DNA of 26,273 nucleotides from Paramecium tetraurelia (taxonomy: Eukaryota): NCBI GenBank assembly GCA_000165425.1, contig CT868058.1:186001-212273 (forward strand). The letters run 5' to 3'. The notes below the pieces were generated by a model. The model did no database searches. It saw nothing but the letters and a program-made list of their open reading frames with translations, and was not told the DNA's origin. This document shows positions 11,761-25,230 of the stretch, in pieces; within the stretch, counting starts at the first letter, position 1, and each line of letters begins with the position of its first letter. Both the position numbers and the translations under genes were made by a program.

Positions 11761-13507
11761 TCATTTTATTAGAGCAGAATACATGACATTTAGATCATAA
11801 AGCTTATTTTCCAATTTTTGAGTTGATAATGAAATTATTTCGTTTTCTAAATTCTTTGGTTCAAATTCATTTTATATAAACTTCTAAGGATGAAGCGAGA
11901 AGTACATGTTAATTTATAATGTATAAATCTGTCTTAAAGTAGCTTCGTCAATGATTTACCTTTTTTTGATTGACTTGGTGATTTCATCTATAAATTAAAT
12001 GTACATTTTGTTAAAGATTTCCTGTGATCTTTTATTTTTCTAATTGGTTTGAACTAATTCAGCTATAATTTGTATCTAGGTATGATTAAATGAAATTATT
12101 TACAAGTGGATTATTCTAATCAGCTGCTTTTAATTTCACAAATTATGGTAATAATTTTTCATTATAAAATTAGTTCATTTATTCTTGATTGGTTTTAAAA
12201 TAGTTTAACACTTTGTAATATTTGGCTTAATCAGTTTAAAACATTTTGATGTCATTCTCCTTGAAATTGATTTCGCCTGGAGGAAGCTAAAAGTTTAAAT
12301 GATTATCAATACATTGCTCTGCAAGATTTACAAATAAAAATTATACTCATTTAACAAATACTTAGTTGATGTTAAACTAAACAATATTTACATAGATTGA
12401 TTGATTTAAAGTTTCTCTTGTAATGTAAAGAATAGTCGAGTAGTATTATTATTAGAAAATGAGATTATTCTTTGAACATAATCAAAGTAGTCCTTCATTT
12501 CATCAATCTTATTGATCTACTATTCAACCTTTTAATATTTGGTTTGAAAGCTTTCACTATCACTCATATGAGTAGATGCCATACTCAAATTTTCATTGGT
12601 CACAACCTGAAAAGGTGTGTCTTTTGATAAAAATAAGAATAAATCATCCCATCTGATTCTCATTTCTGGATCTACCTTTAGCATTTTTGTTAATAAAGTT
12701 TTGTAAGACTCATTTATTTGAACTTCTTGAGGAAATTTAAGTGGTTCTGTTGTTATCTTCTTATGCAATCTATTTGGATGATTGTCAATAAATGGAACAA
12801 CTCCATACAGCATTTCATAAAAGATGACCCCCAAAGACCAAATATCAACTTTAGATGAATATTTTGAACTAACCATCATCTCTGGAGCCTGATACAAGAG
12901 TGTGCCAACAACAGTTTAATCTACGGCTAAATCCATTTCCTCTATTATCTTCGCAAATCCAAAATCTGCTATTTTAGCTACACCCTTAGAGAATAGTATA
13001 TTTTCTGGCTTCAAATCTCGATGAAGAGTCTTCAAACTGTATAATGTTTTATAGCCCTCCGCTATTTGACAAAAGATTTGATAGGCACGTTCTTGGTGCA
13101 ATTGTCTCTTTTGTTATCGATTCAATAATTTATTTAGGTTTCCCTCCTCGCAAAGCTCTAATATTAAGTTTGTCGATTGATCACATACAACTACATCTAA
13201 CATTCTAATTACTATTTAAATTTGATACTTCACAACATGTTCGCTGTCTATATTGCAGTGAATCTCACGTTCTCTCTTATATAACGTCTTCATTTTTTCT
13301 ATTGTTTAACCCGGAGAATTAGCAGGCAAACTTTGGAGAACCTTTATGGCCACTTTCTCTTATGCTTTTCCTTTCACAAAACCTTCAAAAACTTAGGCAA
13401 AAGCGCCCTATTTTCAAAATATTCATTACTGCTCCTATCATTTTTTTCTTGTATAAAATATACTTTTCTCCTATTGGTTTTGTATCTAAATTTTAAGAAC
13501 TAAGCAT
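11761..13507 (-). CDS. Ser/Thr protein kinase, ULK/Atg1-like ciliate family (~548 aa) with helical C-terminal domain
   Basis: IGA|GAFAQVFEG, VAIK, LHRDLKPENILF, KIADFGFAK, GTLLYQAPE, YSSKVDIWSLGVIFYEMLYG. Introns 13408-13429, 13205-13228, 12287-12312, 12076-12103; TGA 11761-11763. The kinase call is firm; the subfamily is less certain. Confidence 0.9.
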
Positions 13508-14281
13508 AGTTTTTTTATTATTTTATAAATATTAATATCTACAAATCGAAATCTCAAATAAATAATTCAAGTTTGCATAAATGTCTATCTGAGATCTGCG
13601 AATGTCCATACGATTTATAAGTAGAATTATTTAAAATTCTAATTACTAACATTTTTTCTGGAATTATTTAAAATATATTTTTTAATTGAAAACATACCCC
13701 ATTCTAGAAAATTAATTTCTATTTTCTAAATTTAAGTGCGAATGAGGCTAGAAACATAATAAACAGAGTATAAGTTCAAAAGGGTTTAAATATCCTCTTA
13801 GCTCTAAATTGAAATAAATTTACAATAAAAATAGGAAAATTTCTGTAAATATACAAATTCCCAAGTTGATTATAATAAATGGTAAAGGAAAAATTAAAAT
13901 TATAGAATTTTGATAAATTTCCTATTCACGTTTAAGAATATGAATTTCTCCCAAATTAATATAAATTATTTATAATAGTCTTAAGAACTCATATGATATC
14001 TAAAAGAATACATATGTAAAGTATTGCTTAAATATAATAATATGATGAAGGAGGAGATATTAATAAAAATACTGTGATGCTTTCAATATAGAATCAAAGA
14101 TACATATAGATAATTCTGTAATTATAACAAATGATAATATTAAGAGGTTATCAAAGTTTTTAATCAAGTTGAAACTAGTTTAGTGTGATATTAAAATAAT
14201 ATAGTTATAAAAAATGAAAATTATATTATTATAAAACTTTTGGATATTAATTTAATACTAAATTATACCATTATCATAAAT

Positions 14282-17200
14282 TCAATAATGGCTACTCTAA
14301 AGAAATCTTTGCATAGTTACTTTGTCAGGTTCTTAGAGATCTAGTTTGGTCTCTTTTCTCTAATACCCTTAAGAATCAATAATTTCACTAATTTTAAATC
14401 TTTTGTAATTTTCAATTGATTAATTTTTTTATTCAATTATTCTTTTTGCCAAAGTTATGCCAAACACTCTCAATTTTTTGAATGCTTTTTAAACTCTTTC
14501 CTTTTCTTAGGTTTTGTTTTTTAGTAGGTTCTTGAAATATCTTGAATGCTGTAAATTTGGTAATTTGGATTTAACTATTTCTTTTAATTTATCAAATGCA
14601 AATTAATAAGCCTTTGAATACTCTGCTATTATTTTAGTAATTATCTTATACAGGAAAAGAAAATTAAAGAGGGCCATCATGATAAAAAATAATATTTAAA
14701 GTCCAGATATATCTGAAGATTAGGCTAAATATGCTCCAATGGCTAGGCTGATGGTAATCATACATATATTTGCAGAATAATAATCTAAATTGTTGAGACT
14801 ACTTAATTTGTAGGGTCTGTAATTGCTATTGAGTTCTTAATAGAGATAAGTGATGAAAAGTACTAGGATACCTTTAACTGCTATGCTATCCTAATAATAA
14901 ATCAGAGATAAGATGATTAATTCTTTTTAAACTATCTTTATCAATTCCCAAAAGTAGGCTTCTTCTTTGTATTCATGATATAAATAACCCCAATGAAGTC
15001 GAGTAGATCTTTGATCTTAGACTCTTCTGCATTTATAAAGTCCATATAATAAATAGAATGGGATTAAGATACCCAAAATTAGTAAAAAAGGTAGACAGAA
15101 ATAAACCATCCATTTAATGTGAATAATCGTATCATACCGTTCTGATACATTGGCTTGTATCCATTTAAATCCTGAAATTTACCTATAGGATGCCAATTAA
15201 ACTAAGCCATCTGCTAAATTGGGAGAGAAATAAAGGTACCCATAAATCAAGGATGTAGTGGGAACACTGGAATTGTACGATGCTAATTTAAAATGAGCTG
15301 CCATCAAATAGAATCCCAGAAAGAAATTAATATACAGAAAAGGCATGATGATTTGCCATATCATCCTACTATATTGAATATCTACATGAATTATATTTAC
15401 TAAAAAGCAATCAAGAGAATGAGTAACTGTTTATAAAGGATTTCCTACTGCAGATATGGTACGATTCAACTCTTATGGGAAATTAAGTTAAAATGTAGTT
15501 ATGGTAACAATGATTTAGAGATAAGTTGTTAACATCTTAATCAATATGCCCGACTATGCTTTATTTAAAAAGTTTGAGATTCTCATGTTTTTGAATGGCT
15601 AACCTCGAGTGTGTTACTCAACTGTTTTTATGTTACCAGAGACTGAGATAACAATAAAGATCATAGTCATGATAATTACACCTACAATCATAATTACATT
15701 TCTGCCCTGATCCAAACAAGTTCCACAGGTATATTATTCAGTCACTGAAAATGAACCATCTCCTCTGATATTGTATAAATCACATTATTCACAAAGAGCT
15801 CCTAGATGTCCAATATAGCAAGAAGTATCACCTTCATTCCATCCACCATTGCAATTCTTTGGTAAATTGATGCAATAACTGATTAATTTTGTATCAAAAT
15901 TAGGTCTCCAATATCCATTCCTTAATTGTATTTAATTATTCTAAACAGCAATAGATGACATATCATCCTTTACATCACACTTTTATGCATTCACTTCTAA
16001 TGAATAGAGTCCTTGAGTTGAATCACATTGTTCACAAGAGAAATTAGTTATGTTTTTGATTTCCCCAAATTAACATTCGAAAGTCTTAACATTAATCCTT
16101 AGTTTATAGTTATCATGATAACTTTCAACAAAATATGGATATTCTAAACCAAAAATAGGCACCTTAATTGTCTCACACATGAATTCAAGTTGAAGTACAA
16201 TATCTTCTGGTACTTCATTATTAAAATACACAATTAATTCATCTAAATTATAATCTAAAGTATCTGAATTAAATTTAATTGAGTTAAGATTTGTGTAATT
16301 GTTAGTGAATAATTAATCCTCATCTTCCTTAGAAATATTATATTCTCTGCTCTGAATAGTACATATTGACCTTTCAATTGATGGATTTAGATTGATAGTC
16401 TAATCTCTGTTTAATGTTAATATTCGAAATATCATTTTAGCATTTATGAATACTTAATTCTTCCAATCAAAAAATTGATATTTAGATATCGATTGTCCTG
16501 TTGGCAATTGAACATATTTAGAATACTTTCCATTGATAAGTTAAAATGGTTAAACCATAATTTCATCAATTTTCATTGTTTTATTGTCAATATAATTAAC
16601 TGTATTCAACATAGCCAAATCATCCTTTAATTAAATTGACAATCTTTCAGGATTCGAAGCGATATTATTACCATATAAAATAGCTGAATTCTTCTAAAGT
16701 ATTGTATGAGTTTATTCGTAATTCATCGATAATTAATCTTGAAGATAAATGCCCCCTCCAACATTTGCTCTATTATTTACAATCATACTGTTTTCAACTA
16801 AAAGAGGTTGGTCTCCTAAGATATACAGAGCTCCACCATTATTTGAAGCATTATTTGATTAAAATGTTGAAAATTGTATCATAGTTTTAATTTAGTTCAA
16901 ATAGAGGCAAGTTCCATCTTTACCAAGATTAAGGAAACATAAATAGTTAGAAATTTGTAGATCATATTGTAACTACGACTATATCTCAATCAAGTTTCTT
17001 CTACTTAATAATTAGATCCTCTCGACAACTATACACCCTTTTTAACCACAATTTGAGTTTAGTACTTTTATTTGATTTAGTTATTAGCTATAGGCTTTCC
17101 ACTCCTGTAAATTTGAATCTTAAAGTTATAGAGAAATCAATCCTGAGTTACAAACCTTACAGTCTACTTATCTGAGGAAAACAACATACATTTCTAATTA

Positions 17201-20200
17201 ACACTGGAGAGTAGAATATTTGAAAACTATCAATCCTGAATTAGAAACATCTAATTGTTTCCTTAATGATATATACAAACATTGTCCAATCAATTCGTAG
17301 TTATCATCATCCTGCTCGAGAGAATTAGGGGCCCTTTAAGATACCATTGGGCATTCATAGAAAGCATCTTATACTGTGGATGTTGAATTTGTACAAGTCA
17401 GATTTTTAAATTCAAATCCTACAAAAATAAACTCTATGTTGAAGTTACGTAGCCTTATTGTAACATTCTTATCTATTAATTTAAATTAGATAAATACATA
17501 AAACGGGATTTATTGAGATCAATTAATTACTGATATAACTATTTTATATATTTATTGTATCCATATAAATATTCCTTGTGTTTTACAAATTTAGAAAAGA
17601 TTCTTGAATTAGGTAATATGAAGATATATTTTACAATGTAAGAGAGGATCCATATTCCACAAAAAATAATGTTCTATTATTAATTACATAGTATTTTTCA
17701 AATTCATTAGCAACTATTGTAAATTTATTTAAAAATTGAAAATAGCCATTTTGAGAGTTTGTAATTTCTAATTTTTAGATGAAAATAGTTTATTGATCCT
17801 CAACTAATCTCGAATAGGATATGAACACAACAGATCCTTGTTATGCATAAATGTCTCTTAGAATAATGTCGCTTATTGTGAGATTAGTTTAAGAGTTATT
17901 AGATTTTAGATACAGAAATCCTCCATATTATCTGCAATGTACATTTTCAACTTTTGTGTTTTTTATGAAAATTTCAAGAGCTGCTGCAGAAGAACCTTCG
18001 ATGTAAAGGACTCCTCCTTGTTCAATTTCTTAATAAAACTAGGTCGACAAATTGTAAAATGAGTTATTTTCAATTATCATTCGAGATGATCCTTAAGCAA
18101 ATATAGAGAAACAACCGCCTAATTATCCGATTGAATTGAAGAATTTACTATTAAGTATATTCAATGATTAAACCCAAATTTATCCATTTCCAGACAACGA
18201 TTTTACTTAAAAGACTTTATTGATAATTTTTTAAGTTAAAGGTTGAGTAAATCCCCACAATAAATGAGGTTTTAAGACATCATAATTAAAGATATTGTTA
18301 CTTTCGAAACTACAGTTTGTTAATTCAAAAGATTTAGTTACTATTGATAAAATAGTTCCACTACTATTCGTGACAATATTATTGTTGAAAATCGAATTCA
18401 ATAATCGGATTTAACAGTTTGGACAATTAATTAATAGCAGTCCAGTTTATTTTACTAAATCATCTTAAATGTATTCGTGGAGAACATTAAGTTGAAATGT
18501 TAGATTATTGATTACGATTATACTTTCTTAAAGAGAATCAATTTAAATCAAAGAAGGTGAAAATTATACTTTACTTAATAGTAGTAAATTTTATTAAAAA
18601 AAAATATTCTCTAAAACAAGATTTTCCAAAATTCTTCTTTGACTCAATAAGGCTGATTGAATCTTGATAATTGGAAAATTGTATGTTGAAGCCTATATTA
18701 TTGAGACATTCTAAAATGAAGCATTCTAAAAAGATCCAATATTTATTGAAGAAGGATATAATTGACCTTTAACTTATTTTAATTGGCAATTTAAATTCTT
18801 ATGCAATCCCAAGAACTAAAATTATTCTTACCTTATTTTTCCATTTATTATTGATAAAACCTTTGATTCTTATAATGAGAATTCAATTAATCCAAAGCCT
18901 CTATTAATGAAAAAGTTGATTATCGAAATCTCGTCAAACTGAATTAAGACTAAAGAAGAATCAATCTGTTATTAGTTATACTCTAGGGCTTCATCTACTA
19001 AATAATTATTAATAAGCTTAATTTCTTCAATTTTAACCCGTTAAATTGAACTCTAATATTTGTTGAATTCAATGAATTTAATGACATTATTATATTTATT
19101 GTTTTCAAATTAGACATTATTAAATTAGTAATCATAATCCAAATAAGATAATTAGTTCATATTAATAATTCCAAAGCTACTAGATATAAAAGAATTACTT
19201 AGAAACTGTACATTATTTAATAAAGCATCATTGTTCAGAATGAGAATTGTTGAACTATTTATGACTGTTTACATTATACTAAAATTTGTTATTTCTATTT
19301 CCTTAAAGGATTATAACGCAAAAAAGGTTTTGCTATCAGATATTTCACTCTCGATTTCTATGTTTTTTAATATTAAATATCCTGCTGGAGCCAAAGTGTC
19401 GATTTAAATAAATGTTATATTGTTGAATTATGAATTTTATACAGTAACTTTATCAAACTCAATCACATCATTTTCTTACAATTCTATCCGAAATATAATT
19501 GAATTTGAAAATTAACAGTTTGTTATTTCTAAATCTTTAAAAATAATAGATTTATTAGCATTTGATCCAGATATCGTAAGAAACTAATCTACACTTGTTT
19601 AACCAAATGAAATAAGTTTAAGTCCATTGGCAAAGAGGTTTTGTAGATTTTATATTTAAATCTTGAAATAATCAAAATATGATGGCTCGTATATTTGTTA
19701 GATTGTAATTTAATTCAAAGTAATAATTTACGGGAATACACTATCAAAAATAAGGTTTATCTAAGAATTACAAGGAACACATGCATCAAAAGTAATATTA
19801 ATTAGTAAAATCTTGTTGAAATTACTGAACTACACTAATTCTTTTATAGATATTACAGTTCCTTAAGGCATTTCAAAAATTAGTTCAACATTTCTTTCTA
19901 TAATAAATAATAATTTACATAACTGAGAAAATGTTATTGCAAAATTTTTGACTAAGAATACCAGTAATACTAGCATTACTAATTAGAACACTAACAACTT
20001 TTATTACAATAGATTTAATTTATTTCATATTGGCCAGTGTGTAGAATTCTTCATTTTCAAACTAAAATACATTTACTTAAATACTTCACCAAATAACATA
20101 TCAAATGAATTAAAACTTTAGAGATAGGTGTTTCTTTTTTTGAATTCAATTCTACTATCTTCATCTTATAATTTATTCAAATCATCAAAATAAAGAAATT

Positions 20201-23200
20201 AATCCTAATATAAATTTAATTCTATAATTAATTATTTATAACATCCATTTCCATTTGAAGTTTATTAACATTCTACATATAATCCTAAATCTTTATCATA
20301 ATAATAACTTTAGTCATCATAACTCTTAACGCATTGATTAGTGTACTTTTAATATTTCTAATTGTTGAATAATGGATTAATTGCTTCAATCTCTTAGGCT
20401 GACCTTGGCCTACATAACTGACAATTTTCTGGGCATTCAATACATTCATTATTGATAATAGATTATTTTCTTCCTTTTTAATCCTTAAAGCACTTTACAC
20501 AATAATATTAATCATCTTTTAATAAGGATTCAATGCAAGAATCTGAAAAATTTTTTATGCATTTATTTTTATATTCTCTATATCCATTTTAGCACACTTA
20601 ACAAACAAATTCATAATCATTTACATTTTAACTCTGAGCATTTAGAGTAAATTAATGAGTATTTGTTATTTCTATGTATCTTCTATAAAATGCTCTAACA
20701 TCTTTTTTCCAATGATCTTTTGAAATAGAATGTTGCTAATAACATTAAATACAATTCAGCTCATATGGACATTAAATACACTAACCAGACGCTTATTCTG
20801 CATAATATCCAGTTTGACACTCTAAACAAAGAAAATAATTTTGAATGTTAGTCTCAAGACAAACCTAACAATACATTACTTTTTTGCTGCAGTTTTCAAT
20901 AAATTCAACAACTTCTTTTTCATACTTATCTGACTTTATACATGATAATAATTCTAAGGTTTGATCACTTCTGAACTATCCAATCCCTGTATAACAATTT
21001 TCAGTATTATCATAATAAATGCATTATTAGCTTCCAAAAACAAATAAATAATTTGGTTCACATTTTGCACATAATAATTTAAATTTACTTTAATCAAACT
21101 ATGGTGTGAAATTGATATCCAGAGAGTTTATAGTATAATCATCATCTAATGTTTAAAATGCATACTCACAATGAAGAATGTCATTTAATATGCAATTAAT
21201 ACCATCAAGAGAAATTAGGTATTGAGAATCATCAATACATTTCAAACATTTCAAATAACTTTATCCCAGATTATCATCATAAGTATCTTTACAAATTTCA
21301 CAATCACTACCACATTTAATACATGCACCATTTTTAATAGCATATTATTCAATACATGTTTAACACATCAATCTATTTAATTGATCTCTTTAGCATGAAG
21401 TGCAAGACTTAGGGCATGAAGAACAAAAGTAAAAAATTAAGTACATGCCTAATGGACAATCAACACAATATCCAAAAATATCATATGTCTTACAAATATA
21501 ATCACTTTTCAAACACAATTAATTATCCATATCAAATAAATAATTATATTTGCATTTTAAAGTAGCTTAAGACCCGAGATGGGAATGAGCTGTTTTATGA
21601 CAGTAACTGTTTATATTTATAGAATACTAACAATAATCTTCGTATTCTGTATATAAATGTATCTATTTATCATTCCCAATCAGATAAACATCATTTTAAG
21701 CAGGAATCCTCTATTTAAGGACTAAAGTTTCATCATGATATTTTTAAAATATTTATTGATAATCTTATTTACATTACTGGGTTTAGATACCATGTTTTTG
21801 GATAGAACAAACAATCAACACATTAAATTGATGTAGTTCTCTTCAAAGATGGACTACATTAAATATTAATCATACCATTCTAGACAATCATAATTACTTC
21901 CTATCTCATCAGGTAACATAAAATATCCAAAAGGACATTTATCTTCTAACTCTATTGCAATTTCTTCTTGAATTATTGAAAAGTATAATTAATTCTCACA
22001 TTTAATATTACCCTTTTCAACGGAACCTGAGAAACACTCGCATATTTTTAATTCATCCTAATAATATCTATTCGAATTAGGATCACAAGTTAAGCAATTT
22101 TTTTCCAATGGTCCAAAACAAGTCAAACATGTGTAATGGCAATCAACATTAAACAGTTTTTCTTCGTTATAATTGTACTGCATCTTAAAATTATAAATTT
22201 GAGCATTGAGAAAATTATTATTAATTACATTATTTAAGTTATCTCCACCAAAAAATAGATTAAATTTAGAATTCGTAAATGTTCCACTAAATATATCATT
22301 TCCTAAATTGTCCTTTAAAAGTCCTAATTCATTTGAAAATTTAATGATTAATAACATTCTTTCATCAAAGCTGCTCCTTCCATACTCATACTAAATAAAA
22401 TGCCATTCTTATAATCCATCATAATAAAGCTACGAATTTAAATCCTAATACTTTTTTCTTGTCTGTAATACACTATAATCAGGATTTGATGATCCTTAAA
22501 AAATTAAATCATATTGAGATTGAAATGATTATTAAACTGGCATACCATATGCATCAACATTCACCATCATATATGTTTATTCTGGTATATTTTAAGATAC
22601 AAATACATCCACCTTGAATAATTCATCTCCTAAAGTTTTTTCTTATTCAAAGTTAGAAATCCCCTTTAATTTTAATAAAGTATATTTTTGATCACTTACA
22701 GTTGTCAATGTGTATTTAACCCATCCTTGTATACAATATTTATTTCCATATTGATCGATTAGCATCTATAGAACTTGGTTTCCTTCAAATAACTTTAATC
22801 CTTGTACAATGTTGATGGTCTATTCAAGTCCTATTTTTTAAGGAATCTAGCATTCATTCATTAGTTCTTAAGTAATAACATTTGAATAATCAATAGAAGA
22901 TTTGAATATTAATTTACTTTATATTCCTTTAAAATAGTTAAGATTTAAATTGTTGATCTATATTTTTAGAAATAATTACATATCCTTTTCCACCAATTAT
23001 TATTTCTAAATTTAATAGGTTTTAATAACTAAAGTCTGCTGATTATGCATCCTATTAATTTACTTTAACCATCATTTTTTTTTATTAATTCTCCAAAACC
23101 ACTAAATGAAACACCCATATTCCTTCATATTGTAATGAATTGAAATCAAAAATGAATTTAAAATTCCCCAAACCATTTTCTAACAGAAATATATGTTACA

Positions 23201-23558
23201 CTTTTTATTAAACATAATCAAAAGACTTATAACAAACTATTAAATTGTCATTTGTTTCAGTATTTTTTAGTAAAAAGAGGAATTCTCCAGTCTAAAGTTC
23301 ATTAATTTTAAATTCTTCACCAACATTTACATTATCAGTTTGAATTAACAATGGAATGCTGAAAGTCCAAAATCCAAATATAAATACATCTCCATTTGAC
23401 TTATTATCAATTTCTAAGGATTTCATCCATTTTTAGCTACCACTATTTATTATTGCCTCTTGATAAGTACTAAAGGGGCAAGCCAGAGCATTTTTAATAA
23501 AATTAAGGTTTAGTATCAATGTTAAGATGGACAAGAAATAAATTCTGTGATTTAACAT
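14282..23558 (-). CDS. Giant (~3050 aa) surface/transmembrane protein: signal peptide, beta-sandwich-like region, furin-like Cys-rich repeats, pectin-lyase-like beta-helix, C-terminal multi-TM domain; one +1 frame break at ~21774
   Basis: Traced codon by codon in code 6 from ATG 23558 to TGA 14282-14284. Introns 22958-22979, 21854-21875, 20062-20084, 19894-19918, 17473-17497. Motifs: CHYTCLTCFGP..CLTC, NNASNNGGALYI, NNRANVGGGIY, GYWRP, CYIGHLGALCEQCD, IKMLTTYLQII, WGYLYHEY..YFWELIKI. Confidence 0.9.
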
Positions 23559-23660
23559 ATTTATTTGTGTCGAATTAAAATCTTTAATAAATGAGAATTG
23601 AAATCAATCCGGAATAAAGGAAAATAATTACTTATTCTTGAATAGCTCAAAGAATAAGCT

Positions 23661-23691
23661 AAGATGATCTAAGATGATCCAAGATGAATCC
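23661..23691. repeat. Short tandem repeat, 3 x ~10 bp (AAGATGATCY)
   Basis: aagatgatct aagatgatcc aagatgaatcc, about 100 bp upstream of the giant gene's ATG. Confidence 0.8.
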
Positions 23692-25230
23692 TCTTTGATT
23701 CTTCATCAATAACATCAAATATCTTTCAGACAATTAAGATTATTTTTAAATATATAATTAATTTGTATTATCTCAAGATATAATAAGATAATGTTATTTT
23801 ATGTAAGGATTGGATATAAAAGATTTAATACAATCATTACTATTTAATTCTTATCATCGAATATTCAAATTCAATATTTAGATAGCGAAATTGATTAACA
23901 AACTAAATCAGTAATTTGAGAAATCATATAACCATTTAAATATTTCTCACAAATCTGAAATAATCAAATCTTGGAAATTTATTAGACATTATTTATATGT
24001 CAATTTATTAATTAATTTAATTATTTGTATAATTGAGATTTTTAATTTGAATATTTTTAAGTTATTTTGTGAGATTAGCAAATAGGATGACCAATTCTAG
24101 TTATTATTTGTAATTTAACTTCACTCGGAGTCAATTAAGAATAGAACAAAAGATATATAGAGCCTCTTTGTTTTAGGAGAAGGCGTTTTATAATTGATTA
24201 TTAGTAAAGGTTATAAGGAAATCATCAAAATTATTATGTATAAATTGCCATTTTTTAAAGCAAAAACTTGGCAAAATAGGTTTAGTAAATTTAATTACTT
24301 TTTATTAAAATTATGATTAAAATGAGAAAAATTCAATCAAAATAAATTAATCAAAGAAAAAATAATGGACTCTGATTAAAAATCATTTGAAGATTTACAG
24401 ATATATGTGAAATGTGACTAAATTTGTAAAATAAAAGTAAAATGAGTAAAAGAAAAAAGAGCATTGCAGGTAATAAATGTTTTAATCCTCAAATAATTTA
24501 ATTTCAAATTCTCTATTATCTTTCTATTTAAAAAGCTTAAATATTAATTTGAAGAAATGAACCATAGAATTTTAGGCAGCATTTCTATCTTTTTAGAGCA
24601 GTTATTAAAGACTCTATGCATTGATTGAGAGTTTAAATTGCAAGTTTTCATTTTAAAGAAAGTTGAACTTCTAAGAAATTAATTTCTTAAAATTAACTGA
24701 TTTTTATGGATCTTAACTTTCTTAATCAGACATTCCTAAAAGAATATATTAAATAATTTGGAAACTCTACTCAGACTAATTTAATTCCATTATTATTGTA
24801 AAAAAATTGTCAATTGCTTATTTATATTACATGAATAATTGCAATTTTGGGATATGTTTAAATCATATGAAATATAAAATAGCAAATTCTAAAATTTGAT
24901 TCTAATAAGAGTTTTGAATTAAACTAGCAGTTCTTTTAAAGACTTATCATTAATAGATTTATTCTCCTGACATTATAATCACTAACTAATTCATATTAAT
25001 ATTGAAACAGATATATAATATTTTGGATATCTAATTTTGCAACAAAATATCATTATATTTTCTTGACAAAAATTATTAAAATAAAAATTTAATGATATAA
25101 TTTATATAAATAAATTTTAGCTTAACACTTTGTGATACTAGGCTATAAAAGCAAATATAGAAATTATTAATTGACATTATATATTAATAACGTTGTTTTT
25201 GAAATAACCAATTTTATTACTAATCTTTTA

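Noticed and set aside
13742..13996. ~84-codon plus-strand code-6 ORF in the spacer
   Set aside because: With TGA as the only stop, ORFs of this length arise by chance. No motif or intron support.
17473..20084. In-frame TGAs at 17519 and 20025 as readthrough or selenocysteine codons
   Set aside because: They are fully explained by canonical 23-25 nt introns that change the frame.
24060..25000. Coding-like fragments in the long spacer
   Set aside because: The frames I tried hit TGA quickly and no consistent gene model emerged. A decayed gene cannot be excluded.
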